Program-made: the position numbers and the translations under genes | In this document: positions 60,657-64,000 of the stretch, piece after piece | How the letters are laid out: the number at the start of each line of letters is the position of its first letter | Position numbering within the stretch: the first letter of the stretch is position 1 | IMG/VR virus record: IMGVR_UViG_3300042731_006431 | Location: 2,886 to 66,885 of that record | Strand: one strand, 5' to 3' | DNA: 64,000 nucleotides | From: a virus | Notes under the pieces: model-generated | Told to the model about the DNA's origin: nothing | The model's input: the letters and a program-made list of their open reading frames with translations, nothing else | Databases searched by the model: none

Positions 60657-61508
60657 ATGACAGATTACAAAGAATTTTGGGAAACGTGTCCTGAGATATT
60701 CGCTCATTTAACTATTGATCAATGGTTGGGTAATGAAGAAAAATTGTTTACACAGTGGAAAACAAGATTTCTAAATAATGAAAACATTAATCTAACCAAT
60801 GCCAAGATCGTTGATTATGGTTGTGGTGGTGGTTATCTCGGCAAACTGCTATTATCTGAATATGTGATTGATTCATATACAGGAATAGACATTGCAGAGC
60901 GTTCAATTAAAACAGCGAAAGAGAATTTGAAAGATTTTGTCAGTGCAAATTTCAGCTCTGATATAACTAAAATTCCAGACTGTGACATTATCGTTTGTCA
61001 AGCTGTTATTCAACATTTACAGAATCTACAAGAGGCAAACAAGGTATTTAATCTATTCAACAAAAGCAAAGCAAAAAAGTTGGTTTTGCAGCTTAAACAT
61101 GCTGATTCACCACAACTCTATTTGAAGAATGAATCAGAGATTGGATTTTACACTGAAAAAAATATAGTTAATCGAATTAAATTACCAGTTGAAGAAGTAG
61201 ACAGATTACTTACCAACTATAACCGTGTTTGGCTTGGTAATCAATATGGAAGTAATAGGTTATACTATGTAATTTATGAGCTAAAAAAAGCACCACTTGA
61301 AGACCCTATTTGTGATGAGGTTGAAGAGTCTGTTGAAGTTAAAAATAAAAATACTGATACCCCAAAAACATACAAGAAACGTAATCGATCAAATTATAAA
61401 AGTAATACTTGGACCGAAACAGCAAAAGGAAAAGAAAAATATACAGATAAAAGCGATGAATTGGTTCAAACTGATAAAATAAATGATATTGAGACTACCA
61501 TTAAATAA
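60657..61508 (+). CDS. class I SAM methyltransferase with charged C-terminal tail
   Basis: IVDYGCGGG, YTGIDI, CQAVIQHL. Confidence 0.8.
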   Translation: MTDYKEFWETCPEIFAHLTIDQWLGNEEKLFTQWKTRFLNNENINLTNAKIVDYGCGGGYLGKLLLSEYVIDSYTGIDIAERSIKTAKENLKDFVSANFSSDITKIPDCDIIVCQAVIQHLQNLQEANKVFNLFNKSKAKKLVLQLKHADSPQLYLKNESEIGFYTEKNIVNRIKLPVEEVDRLLTNYNRVWLGNQYGSNRLYYVIYELKKAPLEDPICDEVEESVEVKNKNTDTPKTYKKRNRSNYKSNTWTETAKGKEKYTDKSDELVQTDKINDIETTIK

Positions 61509-61531
61509 GTAATTGATCGGAGTATTTTTTT

Positions 61532-62287
61532 ATGGATTATCTTTGCAAAGAACTTTTCAAAGGCAAAAATGTTATTTTAATAGGGCCTGCACCGTATCTT
61601 ATTGGAAAAGGCCGACAAATGGAATTAGATAAGGGATATGATACTGTTTTAAGATTCAATAACATGCTCTCAAATAAAAATAAGGATGATTACGGAGGCA
61701 AAACAGATGTTATGTTTGTTAATCGAGCATTCTACAAAAATGAATTTGGGCCAAAGATTGATTATTACAACGATTTGTATGAAAAGAATAATGTTAAACT
61801 TGTTATTACCTTTCAGGATGATTTAAACGTTTTTGATAAGTGTGGCATCCCTATATTTTCACTTGATAGTGAGTTTATACATACTATTGTTGAAGAGGTA
61901 GGAGCTAGTCCATATGGTGGAATAACAATGTCGAAATTCATTTCACAATTTAACCCAATGGGGATATATTTAACAGGTATGAATTTCTACATGGGAGATG
62001 CTTATTATGATGGATATCACACAAAAAAAGAATCACAAGTAATTCATGACCCACTTAAAAATATAAAGTGGATTAAAAAAAATGTAGACTCATATAAAAT
62101 TAAAGTGGACCAATACATGTATGATATACTATACAATAGTGGGGAGGGTATTTATTATTGTGATGCTTGCGCTGATTCAAATGGGTGGAGGAAAACAGCT
62201 CATAAGGTTGATGTTGCATGCCCTTTATGTGGGAAAAAGATTAATGGTAAATTTGTTAATGCAAATTTAGGAGGGTTTTTGAAATGA
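61532..62287 (+). CDS. second GT29 sialyltransferase-like protein with C-terminal Zn ribbon
   Basis: ILIGPAP.L..D..YD.VLRFN..DYG.KTD, P.GG, LTGMNFY, YY, H; CDAC..CPLC. Confidence 0.7.
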   Translation: MDYLCKELFKGKNVILIGPAPYLIGKGRQMELDKGYDTVLRFNNMLSNKNKDDYGGKTDVMFVNRAFYKNEFGPKIDYYNDLYEKNNVKLVITFQDDLNVFDKCGIPIFSLDSEFIHTIVEEVGASPYGGITMSKFISQFNPMGIYLTGMNFYMGDAYYDGYHTKKESQVIHDPLKNIKWIKKNVDSYKIKVDQYMYDILYNSGEGIYYCDACADSNGWRKTAHKVDVACPLCGKKINGKFVNANLGGFLK

Positions 62288-62454
62288 TAAAAGTGGGTGA
62301 CACTGTTCGCTACTTGGGTCAAACTAAAACCGAGATAGGCCCTTTTCATGATACTATTGGGACTGCAATGATAAAACAGGACAGTGATAATTTCTATGTG
62401 CATTTTGATTATGCTTATCTTTTAGTAAATAAAAAAGATTTAGTGAGGTGTTAG

Positions 62455-63249
62455 ATGGATGATATAATTAATGGTTTAATTGAAAATATGGATACCAAAC
62501 AGCAAGAGATTTATGAACATGTTAAAAATCATCCTAAATATTGGTATGAATTTCTAAAAAGTGAAAACAAATTATTGAGTTTATATTGTGATTTTTTAGA
62601 AGAAGTTAATAGGTTTAAAATAATTACTTTGGATGATAAAATTTATTTGTTCGAATATTTTCTTAGTTCGATAACTCACTATAACTACAACGAATATTAT
62701 CTTAATGAATACAATAATTATAAAAAATATTCTGATTTTCATGATTTTAACTACGGAACTTATGACAAAAAATCAGAGGAAATATTATATGAATCTCAAC
62801 CATCTGAGGGCGATAATTCAAAACAGGATAAAATTCAAAATGCTAAATCAATCAGTGAAAAATATAAAGTGCCAGTGTATGAAAGTACAGCGAGTAATGA
62901 AATAGGTAAGGATACTGATTATTTACCACCTGCTAATGAAAAGACAACCATAGGGTTATCAGAAGAGAAATCTAAGGAATTTCATTCAAAATTAGAAGCT
63001 TTAAAGGCGAAACATCAATTTAAAAGAGACGAGGAAAGCTCAGTAAATCATCCAGCTCACTATACGCACGGAAAATATGAAACTATAGATGTAATAAAAG
63101 ATTGGAAATTATCTTATTGCCTTGGTAATGCTGTAAAATATATTTCACGCTGTGATTATAAAGATAATAATATTTTAGATCTTAAAAAAGCAAGGTTTTA
63201 TCTCGACTATGAAATTAAACGACTGGAGGATGAGCAAAATGGCAACTGA
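62455..63249 (+). CDS. fusion of the 9503-family domain and a DUF3310 (SaV-like) domain
   Basis: N-term DTKQQEIY.H.K..PK.W.EFL; C-term VNHPAHY..ETIDVI..GNAVKYI.R..DLKKA.FYL. Confidence 0.8.
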   Translation: MDDIINGLIENMDTKQQEIYEHVKNHPKYWYEFLKSENKLLSLYCDFLEEVNRFKIITLDDKIYLFEYFLSSITHYNYNEYYLNEYNNYKKYSDFHDFNYGTYDKKSEEILYESQPSEGDNSKQDKIQNAKSISEKYKVPVYESTASNEIGKDTDYLPPANEKTTIGLSEEKSKEFHSKLEALKAKHQFKRDEESSVNHPAHYTHGKYETIDVIKDWKLSYCLGNAVKYISRCDYKDNNILDLKKARFYLDYEIKRLEDEQNGN

Positions 63250-63646
63250 TTTAAATCAAGTGTTTTTAATAGGACGATTAACCCGTGACCCAGAAATTAA
63301 ATACACATCATCAACACAAATTTGTAGATTTAATATAGCAAATAACGTCTATAGTAAACAAGGTGATCGAACCAGTTTTATTGATTGTGTAGCCTTTGGA
63401 AAAACAGCCGAAATCATTGAAAAATATACAGCAAAAGGCAAACAAATAGCTATAACTGGCAAACTTCAGCAAAATACCTGGGAAACTCAAGACGGCCAAA
63501 AAAGAAGTAAAATTGAGGTCATTGTTGAGAATGTTCAGTTACTTAGTAGTAGAGACGAACAAAAACAAACGACTAAAATTTATGATGCAGAAATTGATAA
63601 TGACAAATATGAAATTCTACCAGATGATGAAGATGTGCCATATTAA
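63209..63646 (+). CDS. ssb: single-stranded DNA-binding protein (likely start MATDLN near 63239)
   Basis: N.V.LIGRLTRDPE, F..CVAFGKTAE, KG..I...G.L, acidic DEDVPY tail. Confidence 0.95.
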   Translation: MKLNDWRMSKMATDLNQVFLIGRLTRDPEIKYTSSTQICRFNIANNVYSKQGDRTSFIDCVAFGKTAEIIEKYTAKGKQIAITGKLQQNTWETQDGQKRSKIEVIVENVQLLSSRDEQKQTTKIYDAEIDNDKYEILPDDEDVPY

Positions 63647-63649
63647 AAA

Positions 63650-63684
63650 ATCGCACAAACTAACCTTATTGTAGTTATATATTA
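63650..63684 (+). promoter_or_regulatory. putative late promoter
   Basis: ATCGCACAAA-N14-GTTATATATT. Confidence 0.75.
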
Positions 63685-63685
63685 T

Positions 63686-64000
63686 ATGAGCGATCGGAAC
63701 AAAATAAGATACACGAAAGAATTTAAATATTTGATCTATAGGGCACTACTGGACGGTGTTTCGAAATATCAGATACATAAAGATCATGGCATTAGTCTCG
63801 GAACACTTTCAGTTTGGGTCAAAAGTGATGAATATAAATCATTTGAAATTGCCTATCACGCTCAAAAACCACGTTGCGAACAAGTGGCTGAAATAGTTGA
63901 AGGTAACTATAATAAAGTAAATAGCAAATCAAAAATAACCTCGGAATACGACTATTACAGTAAATTGCTAAAACGTAATAGTGATGTCACTACCTCAATA
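63686..64000 (+). CDS. HTH protein running off the window end, candidate terminase small subunit
   Basis: MSDRNKIRYTKEFKYLIYRALLDGVSKYQIHKDHGISLGTLSVWVK.. open to the end; late-promoter motif upstream. Confidence 0.5.
   Translation, partial: MSDRNKIRYTKEFKYLIYRALLDGVSKYQIHKDHGISLGTLSVWVKSDEYKSFEIAYHAQKPRCEQVAEIVEGNYNKVNSKSKITSEYDYYSKLLKRNSDVTTSI

Noticed and set aside
1-64000. CRISPR array, diversity-generating retroelement, integrase/attP, IS element
   Set aside because: No spaced repeat array, reverse transcriptase, TR/VR pair, recombinase or transposase recognised; the 26910/43422 pair differs at all base types, not only adenines
1-64000. Stop-codon reassignment
   Set aside because: Long conserved genes are intact in the standard code, all three stops end genes, and no suppressor tRNA is seen
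63686-64000. IS3-type transposase (YTKEFK..G.S...L..W HTH)
   Set aside because: No terminal inverted repeat seen and the gene follows a phage late-promoter motif; terminase small subunit fits better, but the gene is truncated

Overview
The window is nearly all of an AT-rich tailed (siphovirus-like) phage genome read in the standard code. Structural genes: terminase large subunit (5398), portal, scaffold, HK97-fold major capsid, head-tail genes, major tail protein, tail chaperone and a 2335-aa tape measure (10591-26855), then a lysis cassette with an M15 endopeptidase and two distal tail genes (29072-35056). Other modules: Sak4/Gp157 recombination genes on the minus strand, a replication module (initiator with internal iterons, DnaB, SSB), two small sigma-70-like factors, one tRNA-Lys plus a tRNA-like element, and an AcrIII-1 (DUF1874) ring nuclease. 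I saw no integrase, repressor, DNA polymerase, reverse transcriptase or CRISPR array. Most unusual signals: (i) a displaced second copy of the major capsid protein lacking the presumed E-loop, plus a displaced, charge-shifted copy of the gene next to the capsid gene (possible capsid decoy or interference system); (ii) two GT29 sialyltransferase-like genes with another glycosyltransferase and three small SAM methyltransferases; (iii) an RlmN/Cfr-like radical SAM enzyme lacking the resolving cysteine; (iv) a fixed-spacing phage promoter motif ATCGCACAAA-N14-GTTATAT; (v) three minus-strand early cassettes sharing promoter and leader, one carrying the anti-CRISPR; (vi) candidate switches: a 14-bp duplication splitting the antirepressor, an inverted tail-chaperone frameshift, and alternative hairpins over the holin start. 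All family calls are by-eye motif recognition, not database searches.
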